Below are positions 38,154-51,085 of a stretch of DNA of 64,000 nt, in pieces (positions within the stretch are counted from its first letter, which is position 1; every line of letters begins with the position of its first letter). Source of the DNA: Yuukianura sp. NJ FZ-2021 (Eukaryota); the NCBI GenBank assembly GCA_046563655.1, contig CM102290.1, positions 62,001-126,000 on the forward strand, in the 5' to 3' direction. Made by a program: the position numbers and the translations under genes. The notes beneath the pieces are model-generated. The model did no database searches, had not been told where the DNA came from, and saw only the letters and a list, made by a program, of their open reading frames with translations.

Positions 38154-39128
38154 CTATAAATAGAAATTGATTGTATGATATAACTTTATAAGAAAAAACG
38201 TTTTTCAAACACAAGATTTTCACAATTTACACAATTTTCTATTGACAAAATTTTGATTAGCGTGGGTGATAGTAGTCATGAGTCAACCATCAGCATCAGG
38301 AATCCAAGCCGAAACGAAGTCCAGGATCGTACACAGCGAAATGATACTCAGACACTATAAACCTTAGCCACGCCAAAGGTATCGTATCTTCATCGTTTTA
38401 TTTTTAAAAAACCAGTTAATCCTTTCAGTATTTGCATATTTAAGAAAAAATCGGGCATGACCCGTGTCCAATTATACGATACCCCTGGCGTGGCCAAGGT
38501 GAGTGATTGAACCAGACCCTCGGCACGCTCAGACTTAGGCCTCATCGGGTTACTGGTTCCGTGCCTCCGCACTTTGAGTGGTATCTTAGCTGTTGAAAAA
38601 AGAATGCATTAAGAACATGGAATTTACATAGGTTGTTATGTTACACCAATGTCACTTCGATAACCGAGGATGATGGTGAATGTTGTGCAAAACAAAGAGT
38701 GGAATCTGTGCGGCAGACCAACAAAAAAGTGAAATTTATGCGTCAAAAGAATAAAAAAGTGGAGTTTGTGCACGACAAAAATTGCACTAAAGTCGAATTC
38801 TTCAAAGAAAAGTTCTGTCGTTTTTTGATACAAACTAGGTTAGGTTAGGTTTTCTTTAAACTAGAGTGAACATTATATTTATGGGCATTTTTATCACACA
38901 TGGCAACGGGGGGGGGTCTCCTTTCGCCTCAAATTAATTAACTTTAAGGTCTATTTGGAATTCGCAGGTATAACGTAGAAATGTGTACAAGAGCTCTAAA
39001 AATTTGTCGTTATCTGTAGAATGCAAAGCCGTTATCCGAATTTGAATTTTTGGTCGAATTTGGTGACATATTTCGGGTGGAACGCGGCAAGCCACTTAGG
39101 CAAAAATTTTTTTTGAATCGATTATAAG

Positions 39129-39525
39129 CAGTGTTGGTGGATGCTTAAACGTCCAGTGGTTTAATTTCCACTTTCACTGGATATCCACTGGAAGAAATGT
39201 GTTTCGAATGGACGAAACTAATAGTTGATGGAAGAAATAAAAAATTTGGCGCGAAATTCAAATAAATTCTTTGAAAATACAAAATATGTAATATCAAAAA
39301 GCTTTTCTTTCGCTGTTAAAATTAATTTATTACCTAAAACATTCAAAAACAATGTTTACTTCGTTTCTGTACTGTGTTTTAATTTTTTTAAGCTTTTTGT
39401 ATCCAATTAATACAAATCCCGAAGGCAAAGCTCCGCCTCATTGGATTCATCCATTTTGTCCATTTCTTCCACTGGATATCCAGGGGTGGACGAAATGTCA
39501 AAAAATTGGATATCCACCAACACTG
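39129..39525. mobile_element. hAT-like MITE
   Basis: 14-bp TIR CAGTGTTGGTGGAT; flanks ATTATAAG / ATTCTAAA (6/8). Related remnants near 21345-21390 and 48110-48171. Confidence 0.75.
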
Positions 39526-41143
39526 ATTCTAAAATACTTGTTTAATGAATTTCGAAATGTTCCAGCACTGTGTCGTCCCGACGTCATCTTCATTTTTACT
39601 TCCCTTTACTACAAAAATTTTTTCTTCAATTTTTTTTATGAAGATTTAACGATAAATCCATACTCAATTCAAAATATTTCGCTCCCATGCCTGTAATGTT
39701 AACAAAATCAATATTTCGGGTCTTTTTGGTCCTAAGTTGCAATTTAGGTTAGTCTATAAAAAAAAATGATTTACGGTAATCAATTCGAAGTAGCACTGTG
39801 AGACGGAATTTTCAAAAACTTTTTGAGAAAGTTGCAATTTTTTTGATGATGTTGAATTTTACAGAGCCTTCTGCTTTACGCTCTTCACATGACATGCGAC
39901 CTGCGATTCTCAACGGGAGGACTTTCTTCCAGGACAAAGAAATTGGCCAATCAGAAACAAGTCCGAAAATTGTATTTCCAGAACGCAGGTCAGAGGTCCG
40001 ATTTCCAGAAGGTCAAAGGTCAAAAGGTCAACTAGAAAGATCGACGGAATTTGGATTTAGAGGACAGGAAAGCAAGTCCCGATGTCCAAGACATAATTGA
40101 CGGAATTGTGAAACTTGTTGCCGGTAAAGTTCACAATAATCAAAACAAAAACAATTGAAAAGTTTGCAAATTCAAAACAAAATTTCATGGTGAACGGACA
40201 TTCAATTTCGAATTTTTTCAATTTTTACTTTGAGGTCGGATTACTTCCGTTCTGACCCTACTTTTGGTGAACTCCTCTCTGCTTCCAAAGAATGTAGAAG
40301 ATTATGTGTATGATTGGTCATTTCTGGCTCACTGCCAAATAGACTTCCACAGAGCCAATTTATCAATTGGTAATTCATAACCTAACAAACTGCCTAAAAC
40401 CAAACGGTACTAAAGCAACAATGCCCAAATTATAATATAGAGAAAAGCTTTCCCTATGGAAGTCGGAAGTGAAAGCCACTTTGAAGAATGTTCAAAACCC
40501 GAGAAAGGAAAATCCACTTGATCCAATCCCCAATTCTAACATTTATATGTCCCTCTCTTTTCCATCTTTCACACTCATGTTCAATTTACATTCATATTTC
40601 AACAGGAGAAAGTAGAGAAAGCAAAAGTTCTTAGTCACGAAGAGTGAAACTTGAGAAGAAAGAAGTAACGCTATTTTCAAAAGCACCAACACCTCCATTC
40701 CCTCGCTTTTCCATTTCAACCTGCTTTTACTTTTTAGTTTTTACTTTTTACAGAAAGTTGAGCTTTCGGTTATTTAAAGAAGAAGTTAAATAAAAATGTG
40801 AGCAGAATTACTAATTAAGTGCTCTGGGGAAAGTACAAACCCGGGAGAAATTTACTACGGGAGGGAAAGATAAATTTCTGACGGAATAATTTCACAAGTG
40901 AAAGCAAACTCATTCGCCGGGAGCACCTAAATTTACATGATGAATTATTGGAACTTCAGTAGTAATGGCGCCTTTCTTTGCTGTTTACATTTACTTTCCG
41001 GAGCTTAAGAAAGAGAGATTTATGAAAACGTGAAAAGAGTATGACATTAATATTGAATTATTAATTGACATGGCGTGCACTGAATGGTTTCAATTTCCAA
41101 AAAATTTAGGAAAATGAATTCAACCGAAATGGCCAGCAGCATC

Positions 41144-41348
41144 GAAATTTCAAAAATCAAAATCTCCAAAATCAGAATTTCAAAAATCAAAATCAGAGTT
41201 TCCAAAATCAAAATCTCCAAAATCAGAATTTCCAAAATCAAAAACTCAAAAATCCGAATTTTCAAAATCAAAATTTCCAAAATCAAAACCAGAATTTTCA
41301 AAATCCAAATTTCCAAAATCAAATCTCCAAAATCAGAATTTCAAAAAT
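41144..41348. repeat. Degenerate (CAAAAT / TCCAAAATCAGAATT)n minisatellite
   Basis: Direct reading. Confidence 0.9.
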
Positions 41349-41924
41349 GAGCAACCAACTCCACCGGAAATTCCGCTCAACCGACCATACAACTTGCTGA
41401 ACCCTACGAAACAAATGGAACCACAAGTCCGACACCGAAACGAACTCGAATTAACAACCGAGGTCCACCGATACCGATTCCGACAGGAATGAACGACCGG
41501 AGTTTGAAGCAATACGGCTAGAACTGCTTCACTCGTCAGCCAATCAGACTGCTTCTCTTGGTCCGCAATTTGCTTTGACTCGGTCACGTAGCTCCGCCCA
41601 CTTCGCTTCAAGGTCAACTACATACTGATTCAATTGAAGATGATGAGAGAGATGCTGAGAAGATGCTGCACGGATCCATTCCACACAAAACCAGAATCTG
41701 GATACCGTTTGGTTCGTCCAACGAAAACGCCGGCGCAGAACCCACGACGCACGTCCAACCGACCGTTTCCGAAGAATCGGAACTTCCCAGTTTTTTACCA
41801 AGCAAAACCGAAGCTACCTTGACTCGAACCAGTGACCTACCTTCAAAAATGGCTGTCACTTCTACCACTGCGACCCCTGCTACAATGTCACTAACCCTAC
41901 GACTAAAAGAAACAAAGGGTTTGC

Positions 41925-42238
41925 CTTACTTTTCTTTGAAGTCGGGGTTTCCCGTTGGTCAAAGTGCGGTGCCGAAACTCTGTACTAGTAGTTGAGGGGA
42001 TTCAGCAGTTCTGTCGTCAGTCTCCGTTGATGCGATTGTCCTGCACTTTGACCTGACTAGTTGTGACTTGTGAGTGGCTCCACTGCGTCTGCGCTTCAAA
42101 CAACACCTTACGCTGATGAAGATCAAAAGGAGAATGAACAAAGGCCAGGACGATGATGAAGATGAAAGCCCCGATTTGGTAGTCGTTGGTCACAATTGAA
42201 GGCGAGGTGGATTCAGCAGTTGCAGATTTTGGTGGCTC
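41925..42238 (-). pseudogene. Fragment of a single-pass membrane protein gene (frameshift and stop)
   Basis: ..YQIGAFIFIIVLA/LFILLLIFISVRCCLKRRR: TM segment plus Cys/basic stop-transfer split by a 1-nt frameshift; in-frame stop near 41959; donor GTAAGG follows. Confidence 0.4.
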
Positions 42239-42559
42239 TCAAAAAAAAAGTGGAAGGTCAACTTTTGACCGACTTCCCTTCGCTTCCTCTTTGAAAAAAA
42301 ACTAAAGGAGATCTATCTTGGAGGAAGGTTTGAAGGGAAGTGAGTAGGCATGAGAGTTGGATGGGCTGGAGGCCAGTCACTGTCCGACATTGACTGACCT
42401 TCAACCCCGTCCATGCATTTCCCTAGTCTTCCTCAGTCCAAGTAACTTACATCTCATCTTTACTCTTCACTCATCAAGCACAAAATCTACCTTTTCAATT
42501 ATACAACAGTTGAGACAAGAGATAAGAGTGAAAATATAATTAGACTTCATTTGACTGTG

Positions 42560-43776
42560 TGCGTCAAAGTCCAGCACGAGTAGCTTCGTCTCTTCCGTCC
42601 CATTCCGACTCCCCACTGCACACACGAGCTTCGTCTCCGATGCGCGTATTCTCCACACCACACCCGCACTCCCGCTCAGCTGAACCAGGTTCCGCACGAA
42701 CGCCCCTACCAAATATATCAAAGTCACAATAATGCTCAATGTAAATTACAAAAGTTCATTTTACCAGTTTTGAGATCCCAGAGTTTGACAGTTCCGTCGT
42801 CGGAAGACGTAATCACGAATTTCCGAATGAGTTGAAGACACGTTACGGCACTCGAATGTTTGTGAGAACCTGCAATTAAATAACACATAATTCAAATGCT
42901 TGTAATCATCGTAATCCAAACGTTGAGCAAAAGAAGGAAGTAAGTTTGTGGCGTGTGACCTGCCTCATGGAGTCAAAGCTCAAGTCCAAAAGTCCTCCAG
43001 TCGCTCGAAGGACGTAGCCACACAGAGGGTTCGGAATCGTCTGATGAAACAGCGAACCCAGCGTCCTTAAAAAACAAATGTCAATGTCAATTGTATGGAA
43101 AGTACTAAATGTTCCACTTACGCTGCGTTCCAGGCCCCTGGCATGGGTTTGAGGAAGGAGAGTGTGGATGTTTTGTTGTAGACAGATCCCACCGTGTGGT
43201 CCACACTCACTCTCTCCCCTCTTCCAGCCACATTCGGCAACTTGAGAGCAAACGTCAGCGATCCATCGTTGGCTCCCACCATCGTATTCACTGCTCCCAC
43301 GAACCGCCGCAGCTCAGTAACTCGAAAAGTGACCTAATAAACGAAATTGTCAGTTAGTCCTAGTGTAAAAAGCCATGACATCCACATATTACATTGAAAA
43401 GAAGGGACACCTTACGTCGTAGCCATTCTTCGTCGCTCCTTCTGCCTTGTTCGTGTCGATGAGAACTGCGATGTCACGAAAACACTCCAGTTTCTCCAGA
43501 CGCTGCCTCACCTCAGCCGACACCACCATCAACTACACAAACAAAGCATTTAGCAACCTTATAATTTAGAATGTGGAGTGACGTTTACTGACTGACCTCT
43601 TCGAATGTGGTGACCTTGAACAAGTCCCTGAGGTGGTTCTGGACATAGTCATCCTTCGTCCTTCCAAGGCCCTCCACATGAACAGAGTCCACTCTGACCG
43701 GCACTCCCTTGAAATCAATTGAACTGCTCCCTCTGCCCGCATCGTCACTTGGTCCACTGGACCTTTGCTTGCTCAT
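42560..43776 (-). pseudogene. Chimeric duplicate: SAMM50 exons 1-4 joined to the last two FBXW7 exons (out of frame)
   Basis: 42870-~44220 duplicates ~34243-35640 (direct). 42560-42869 is an inverted copy of 47347-47662. Spliced frame ..[13 protein letters not shown] (TAA at 42845-42843). Confidence 0.88.
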
Positions 43777-44878
43777 CGCCACCAACTCTCTAGCCTCAAC
43801 ATCCGTCCTTACACCAAATCCAATCCCTTAATTTAATCGATTACTCTAAATCCAGTCAATTAACTCCGAAATTCGGAGTCCGAATTTCAATTTTCAACTT
43901 GGAAAAATTTGTAATAGTTTTGCAATTGCCACCTTTGCGAAACTGAGAAACGGTAAAACAGTACAATTGCAAAATAACAAATCAAAAAGTAAGTACATTA
44001 AGTTGTCGAATCAAATAAGGAATTTTTGTTTCGTATCCGATCCGAAATGATACTCTAAGGTTTCAATTTTTATTAACTCTTGACTTGTTTTCACTTATGC
44101 AGAATATCTACTAGAAAAATGCTTCATAAAACTGATAATTTTCGACACTTTAGCAATTTGACATTGGTATTTCGCAATTTCATATTTGTATTTCGGATTT
44201 TGTAGTGCAAAATACAAATGGGAAAGGGAAACCTAAGTTTAAAAATAAGTTTTTGGCGCCATTTGGTGGGAGAAGGGTGAAGGGGTAAAGTGAGACATGC
44301 GATTTGTTGTAGCGGCAAATTGGAAAGTAGGGATTTGTGTTGATTGTTTTGTTTTTGAAAAGCAGTTGGCTTTTGCGTATGTACTTTTGTAAGTGAATCA
44401 AAATAGATTGTGGAATGTGATCATACGAAATGCCAAAGACGACGATTCCCAATGGAGATTATTAAAGTGAACTATTGTTAAACGTTGAAGATTGGTACAG
44501 AATGAAGTGTAAGTGATAAGATACTTTTGTTACTTTCCTCAACAAACCTTCTTCATTGGGATCTACTAATTAGTTGTAAGAGTAAGTTTAATTTGGAGTG
44601 TAAGTTGTTTTGCCATTGGCATTTGGAGGAGAGTTTGGGCTGGGTAGCACATCACTTCACTTCACTTCAGTGTCATCTCAACATCTCTCTCCGAGGATCC
44701 ATCTTCCTTCGGATCGTCAGTAAGGTTACACTGGGATCTTGGATAAAGTGTTTAGTGTGCACATCTGAAGTCACTGCCATCCCCTCCAGCTCCATCCAGT
44801 ACCCCTCATGAACCTCACAACCAATTAATCCACTGCCCCCCAAGTATCCTTCCAACTTGAGCCAAGGACCCAGGTCAA

Positions 44879-47680
44879 ATGACTGACCGAATCCACACTA
44901 GCCATGAGGACACTCTCCCAGATGACGACGAACAATCCACAGAAGAAACTCCCTTCTCATCATACCTCCCCGTAAGCACAACTGACCATCCTCTTACTTT
45001 AAGTATTAAGTGATTCCTAAACTGGATTTCGTCTCTTTTTCCAGCGCAAACGTCCGTATGCGGTGGGTGTGCCCGAGGAACTGCCTGCCAAGAAGTCTGC
45101 CAAGAACACTTTCTTGGACGAGTAAGTCTTTAATACGAACAACCATCTCTTGTCCTAATTCACATCCATTGTGTACTCATTCCAGCAGCGGAGCCTTTTC
45201 GTTGTGCGGGAGTCCAGAGAGAGGCGACACTTCCAGTAACACAGAACCCACAGCATCCACACCCACCACACGCTTCACTAGAACTTCAGACACACCTCTC
45301 CCACCACATTTGGACGACTGGCTCAGGATCTTCGACGTAAGTGTCAATTGACCCATACCATGCCTTTTATAAGTGAATAAGTATCTTGTCCATACAACTT
45401 CCGTTCATCTCCGCATCATTGACGACGTTAAGCACTAGTAACAAAACGGACTTTGTTTCGTCCTGTTTCGTTACAAATGATGTGAGAGAAGACGTTAGGA
45501 ATTTAAAGTTGTGGGACAAGTGCTGGGGATTTACTATTCTCATCAATTTCATTTTCCTGGATAACATGATGTAATGTTGTTTGTTGTGGTTTGTAGGGAT
45601 GGAGCCACAGTGAGAGGCTAATGGGACTGAACGAACTGATCTACTGCTGTGACCCTCTCCAAGTGAGACATATGATGGAGGTGATTGAGCCACAGTTCCA
45701 ACGGGACTTTATCTCCCTACTGCCAAAGGAGGTACATTCTTTTCTCATTTCCCCCTTATTCCTTTTCTCTGACGTCATTTGTTCGTTTCAGCTGTCGCTC
45801 TACGTCCTCTCATTCCTGGAACCAAAAGACCTCCTGCGTGCTGCTCAGACGTGTCAGTACTGGCGAATCCTGGCCGACGACAACTTGTTGTGGAGAGAAA
45901 AGTGTCAGGAGGGTGGGATCTCGCAGCGGAGAGCGATGAGTGAGCGAGTGCATGGACAATGGAAGTCCACGTTCCTCCACCACCACAACGTGGAGATGAA
46001 CTGGAGACAGAGACCCATGAGGCCCCTCAAAGTACTCAAGGGACACGACGACCACGTCATCACTTGCCTCCAGTTCTCAGGAAACAGGTAACTACTCTCT
46101 CTCTCTCTCTCCTATCAAAAAGATACGTGTCTCCAACGTTAGACACATTTGAGTCAGCTGTTAACGGCAGTTGGATCTTTTGTCCAACTTCTTCCTCCTT
46201 TTCCGTTAGTTTAGAATCTATTCTACACTAATCTAATCTAACCTAAACTAAATTATTCCAAAATTTTAACTAAATCTAAATGTAGAATAATTTAGATTAG
46301 TTTAGATTAGATTAGTTGAGGTTGGGGAAGCTTGGGGTAAGGTGAGACGTCCATGTCTTTTCTATTGTGGATGTGAGATTAATGCTAAATTGTTTTGTTT
46401 CAGAGTTGTGTCTGGTTCTGATGACAACACTTTGAAAGTGTGGTCCATTTCTACTGGGAAGGCCCTTAGGACGCTGCTTGGTCACACGGGAGGGGTGTGG
46501 TCGTCACAAATGCAAGGGAACCTCATCATCTCCGGAAGCACGGACAGGACTTTGCGAGTGTGGAATGCAGAGACTGGCAGATGCACCTTCACTCTCTATG
46601 GCCACACTTCCACTGTTCGCTGCATGTGTCTCCATGCCAACAAGTAACTTCCCTTCAATTAATCAATTAGTAGTCAATTAATCAATTAATCAATTAATGT
46701 GGAATGATTGTAGGGTGGTGAGTGGTTCTCGAGATGCGACTCTGCGCATGTGGGACGTGGACACGGGAGAGTGTTTGCATGTGTTGGTGGGGCACATTGC
46801 AGCAGTTCGATGTGTGCAGTACAATGGGAAGGTGGTTGTGTCGGGTGCTTACGACTATGTCGTCAGAGTGTGGGACCCCGACAGGGAGACGTGTCTCCAC
46901 CAACTCACAGGACACGCAAACAGAGTCTACTCTCTCCAGGTAACAAACACTTCAACTTCTACTTATCATATTCATGTTGTTCAAATTAGAGGAATGGGAA
47001 CTAAATATTTGTGACCTGTCTGTTTATTACGTTGCACTTACTAACATGTACTCTTTGTTGAATAGTTTGATGGAACGCACATCATCAGTGGGTCTCTGGA
47101 TACGACAATTCGAGTGTGGGAGGTGGAGAGCGGGAGTTGCAAGCACATTCTCACTGGGCACCAAAGTCTCACTTCCGGAATGGAGCTAAGGGGAAACACT
47201 CTTGTGTCTGGGAATGCAGACTCCACCGTCAAGATTTGGGACATCACCTCTGGACAGTGTCTCCTCACTCTCTCAGGTCAGTTGAACCACAGTTGAAAGA
47301 TACAGTTGAAATAGTTGAAGGTGAATCCAATGTGGTTTGATTCCAGGTCCTCACAAACATTCGAGTGCCGTAACGTGTCTTCAACTCATTCGGAAATTCG
47401 TGATTACGTCTTCCGACGACGGAACTGTCAAACTCTGGGATCTCAAAACTGGTAAAGTCAACTCTTGTAATAATGTTAGACATTGAGGATTGGTGTGACT
47501 GTGTTGTATTTTGTAGGAGGGTTCGTGCGGAACCTGGTTCAGCTGAGCGGGAGTGCGGGTGTGGTGTGGAGAATACGCGCATCGGAGACGAAGCTCGTGT
47601 GTGCAGTGGGGAGTCGGAATGGGACGGAAGAGACGAAGCTACTTGTGCTGGACTTTGACGCAGACCCACCCTCTCCCTGA
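44879..47680 (+). CDS. FBXW7: F-box/WD40 protein 7 (archipelago), spliced
   Basis: [60 protein letters not shown]40 repeats, terminal [23 protein letters not shown] 44879 preceded by an in-frame stop. Confidence 0.95.
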
Positions 47681-48295
47681 CTCCTCTCCTCCCATGTCCT
47701 AACTGTAAGTACTCGCACCTTCCTTTCCTCCTCAAGAGAGAACAGTTAAGACTGAACTTGACCCACTCACCCCTCCCACCTCCACCAAAGTGGCTCAGTT
47801 GTGTTCAGCTGCCGGTTGAGGTTCCTTTGTACTCAGTCCACACTCCTCTTCCTCCGTCGCTGTCTGGAGGGAATTCAATAAAACACTTTGTAACTAAACA
47901 AGGCAAGGCCCACTGTTCCTCCATATCCAGTCAAACAAATGGGCTCCTACTAAAAAGTTACAAATTCAGCTCCAAAGTCAAATTCTCACAATTTTGAAAA
48001 TATTTTAAATACAAAGTGGCATCTGTTTGAATGCTTTTGTTATTTTGGACTTTGATGTAGTCATTTTCACTTTTCTTTTTTATTTTGAAATAATTGAAAC
48101 CACTTTGGGTTTATCCATTTGTTTGGCTGGATATCCAGCCGTGGGTGAAATGTGGGAATCCAGCAACACTGGGCAGGGCAAATAAGTTGGACCAAGGTCT
48201 TTCATTTTTCCTGTCAAGAGTATCCATAGTAACGTTTTTATTTTGGTTGAGCAGGGAAAGAGTGAGGTTGTGAGTTGTGGAGAATGGTTTGTGTG

Positions 48296-50680
48296 TCAGT
48301 TAGGGTGGACTTGAGGGAGGTTTGCAGGGACGTACTCGATGAAGTTGGTGGGGAATTGGCCCTTGGTCCCATTGAGCTCTCCGTACAGCCAGTCGTCGTT
48401 CACCCGCCCCAGCACTGTCACAATGTCACCCTCCTAAACACAACTGTCATTAATTCTTAGGAATTAGTTGAGCTTCTTAAGTTAAGGTGGATAACTGACC
48501 CTGATAGTTAGGTCCGTGGGTTCTGTAGCTTGGAAGTCGTGGAGGACGAGGACGTAGTGCGTGGGGAAATACTGCGCCTCCTCACTCTCATACTGCGGCT
48601 CTTCATTGTTTCCTTGGGATGAAGGAATGAGCTGCCCCTCCAGTGGAACGACGACGTTGACAAAGTTGGCGGGAAACATGCCCTCTGCCCCACCGCACCA
48701 CCCATGCAGCCAACTGTCGTCCACCACCCGTGTCAAGTAAATCACATCTCCAACCTACAAACAAAACTCAGTTGAGATAGTAGTTGAAAGGGGAGGAATA
48801 GCCTCACTTACTGCAAACTGGAGGTCACCAGGCTCCCCAGACACATAGTCGTAGAGAGCAATTCCATAGGCACGGTCAGTAGCATCCGGAACCTGGAAAC
48901 CAACAATTCCTTGGTTAGTCTCCTTATCATAAAGAATACTATGACATTTGACTAACGTAGTTGTGGAAGGGAGGTTGAGAGGAGTAGTCATTTAGTTCCT
49001 GTGGAGGTGGAGGAGGGGGGCCCTTGGGTTCAGGCACACCCAAGTCTATGGAGTCTTCCCACTCCTCTTCTGATTCTTCCGGCGGTTGGTCATATCGAGG
49101 CTGAGTGAGGTCAGTTGAAGTGGTTGAAGTGACTGGAGGGAGGAATGAAGGTGGATTTGTGTGGGAGAGTCTGAGTGAAGCTAGTCCTGGTTTCTTGGGT
49201 GGTGGAATTGGTCTGATGACTGTCGGTGGAGCGAATGTTTTCTTTGGAGGTTCGTCCCAGTCGAGGAGGACAGGAGGGGGGCCCTTGGGAGTTCCATAGT
49301 TGTTGTTGTGGGCGTCTGACGTCTGAGTGGAGGCCTTGATGATGGTGGGTCCCTTCGTAGTGGGCCCTTTGACAGGAGTTGATTTGGAGAGGACGGATTG
49401 TGGTGAGGGTCGAGGAGGACTGAAGGGATTAGCGGTGGGTTTGGCTGTTGTTGGTTTGAGGTCTGACTTGATGTAGAAGATGCTTGCTCCCACGTGATAC
49501 TTGAAGTCAGGAACCTAAGTTTCAAGTATTTGTGAAATAGTTGTAACATAATGAAATTTATAATGTAATTTGAGTGCTTGCCTCGTTGCTGGTCACTCCT
49601 GGGAAGTTGGGTGCAGGAGTTGCTGCGTTGGGTGGTGAGTTTGAGGGTGAGGAGAGGTCAATGAGGTCAGATCGGTTGGTGATGTTGTAAGAGCACGTCT
49701 TGGTCCGTGTAATTGGTCCCACTTTGGGCTTGTGTTCGTTCCAGGGGTCGAATCCAACCTAAATATTAGAGGAATAACCAGTTTTAGTTTAACAAGTTTA
49801 TATTTATATTTGTTAATACGCTTTATTAGTTGGTTATGTTTTTGTTCTGTTTTGTTCTTACGGATGCTGATCTTGGAATGCTGGTTGTGGCGGGTGGAGG
49901 TGGTCTTGGTGGTGGTTTCTTGACACTCGGACCACTTGACTTGGTTTTTGATTTCCCGAACATGTTCGTAGTGGAGGAGGGTGGGCAGAGGATGAATTGA
50001 TTACTAAAGTTTACTTGTCTAGTGTAAATGAGGCATGTGACGTTAGTTTAGGAAGTTATTAGTGATTTGGAATGAGTACTACACTAGGTCTACTCACTAC
50101 TGTGGAACAGTCTCCTACAAATCTAAATGTACACTGCTAGAGTTGAAAACTAAGAATTTGAAAGAGGAATGGGTGTGTTGACTGGAGAGGGAATAAGAGT
50201 GGTGTGACTAGAAGTACTTGTCAGTCGTCCCTTCAATTCACTTTCTTCTACTCCCACTTTTGAAGAGGATGGATGTTGATTGAGTTGTAGTAGTAAGTGG
50301 TTGTTGTCCTGGAAATACAAATAAGAGACTACTAATTAGTCGCATATCACTTATGTTCTCCTTTTGTTTCTTACAGATTAATCCGAAGGACTTGTGCTTT
50401 GGGCAATGGAGGCGAGTGACTTACTACCAACGAAATTGTGTCAGAAGTCTCTTGTTACTTGCGTTAATTGAACCCCACCCACGGCTACAACTTGGATACT
50501 CTTGCCTTGTTCCTGGTCTAGCGAGGGGTATCCACTTTCCAGCTGACCCTTGACCCAGTTGAGTGGGATTCCTGTACTGAGGTAAGGTCCTTCAGTTCTA
50601 CTTACACTTTAATCAGTTCCAATTGGAGTGGAGGGGGAGTGAGGTTCAAAATCTGCGTGACAACGACCGTGACTCACCAT
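48296..50680 (-). CDS. Proline-rich adaptor with two C-terminal SH3 domains (SH3D19-like)
   Basis: YGIALYDY..GDLQFA|VGDVIYL..WLHG..GMFPANFV and VLHDFQA..DLTIR|EGDIVTV..DWLYGE..GQFPTNFI; start uncertain (ATG 49963, or ATG|gtgagt at 50680). Confidence 0.8.
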
Positions 50681-50924
50681 CCGCCCCTTCTTCCTATTCC
50701 ATCTCAAATTCTCAATTCATTCGTCCCATTCCATATGCTATTCCACTACAGGCAGCATTATCCGCTCAGGCAGAGGAGTAGTCACTCTCACACACTCATC
50801 TCAATTAGTCAGCTGTTCTGTTGTCTATAGGACTGGTATAGGGCTCCCTTTTACACTGAAATCCACAATTCCACAGTCGCGGGAGAACCCCATCATTTGA
50901 ATCTTCAAACAGCACATTAGTCTC

Positions 50925-51085
50925 ACTAGACGGAACCCGTGATGTTTACACATCACGATGACATGAAGGAAGGATGATTTTGAACATTTTGTCAAAAATC
51001 CGCTAGCTTTTTCGTTTGACCCGAGGTATGACCTAGTGCTTAAAGGTAATTTCGTGATGTGTAAACATCACGGGTTCCGTCTAGT
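50925..51085. mobile_element. Two Helitron-like 3' ends in inverted orientation
   Basis: Perfect 34-bp inverted repeat (50925-50958 / 51052-51085); each arm is the hairpin CGTGATGT-N4-ACATCACG + 8 nt + CTAG|T. Confidence 0.6.

Noticed and set aside
39798..40100. 100-aa ORF as a secreted protein gene
   Set aside because: GTG start, no recognisable domain and no convincing exon chain; could be an exon but unsupported.
41047..41350. K/I/S-rich and I/L/E-rich ORFs
   Set aside because: Minisatellite translation.
42340..42365. GAGTTGGATGG as another inverted promoter module
   Set aside because: Only ~11 nt match; no TATA at the expected distance.
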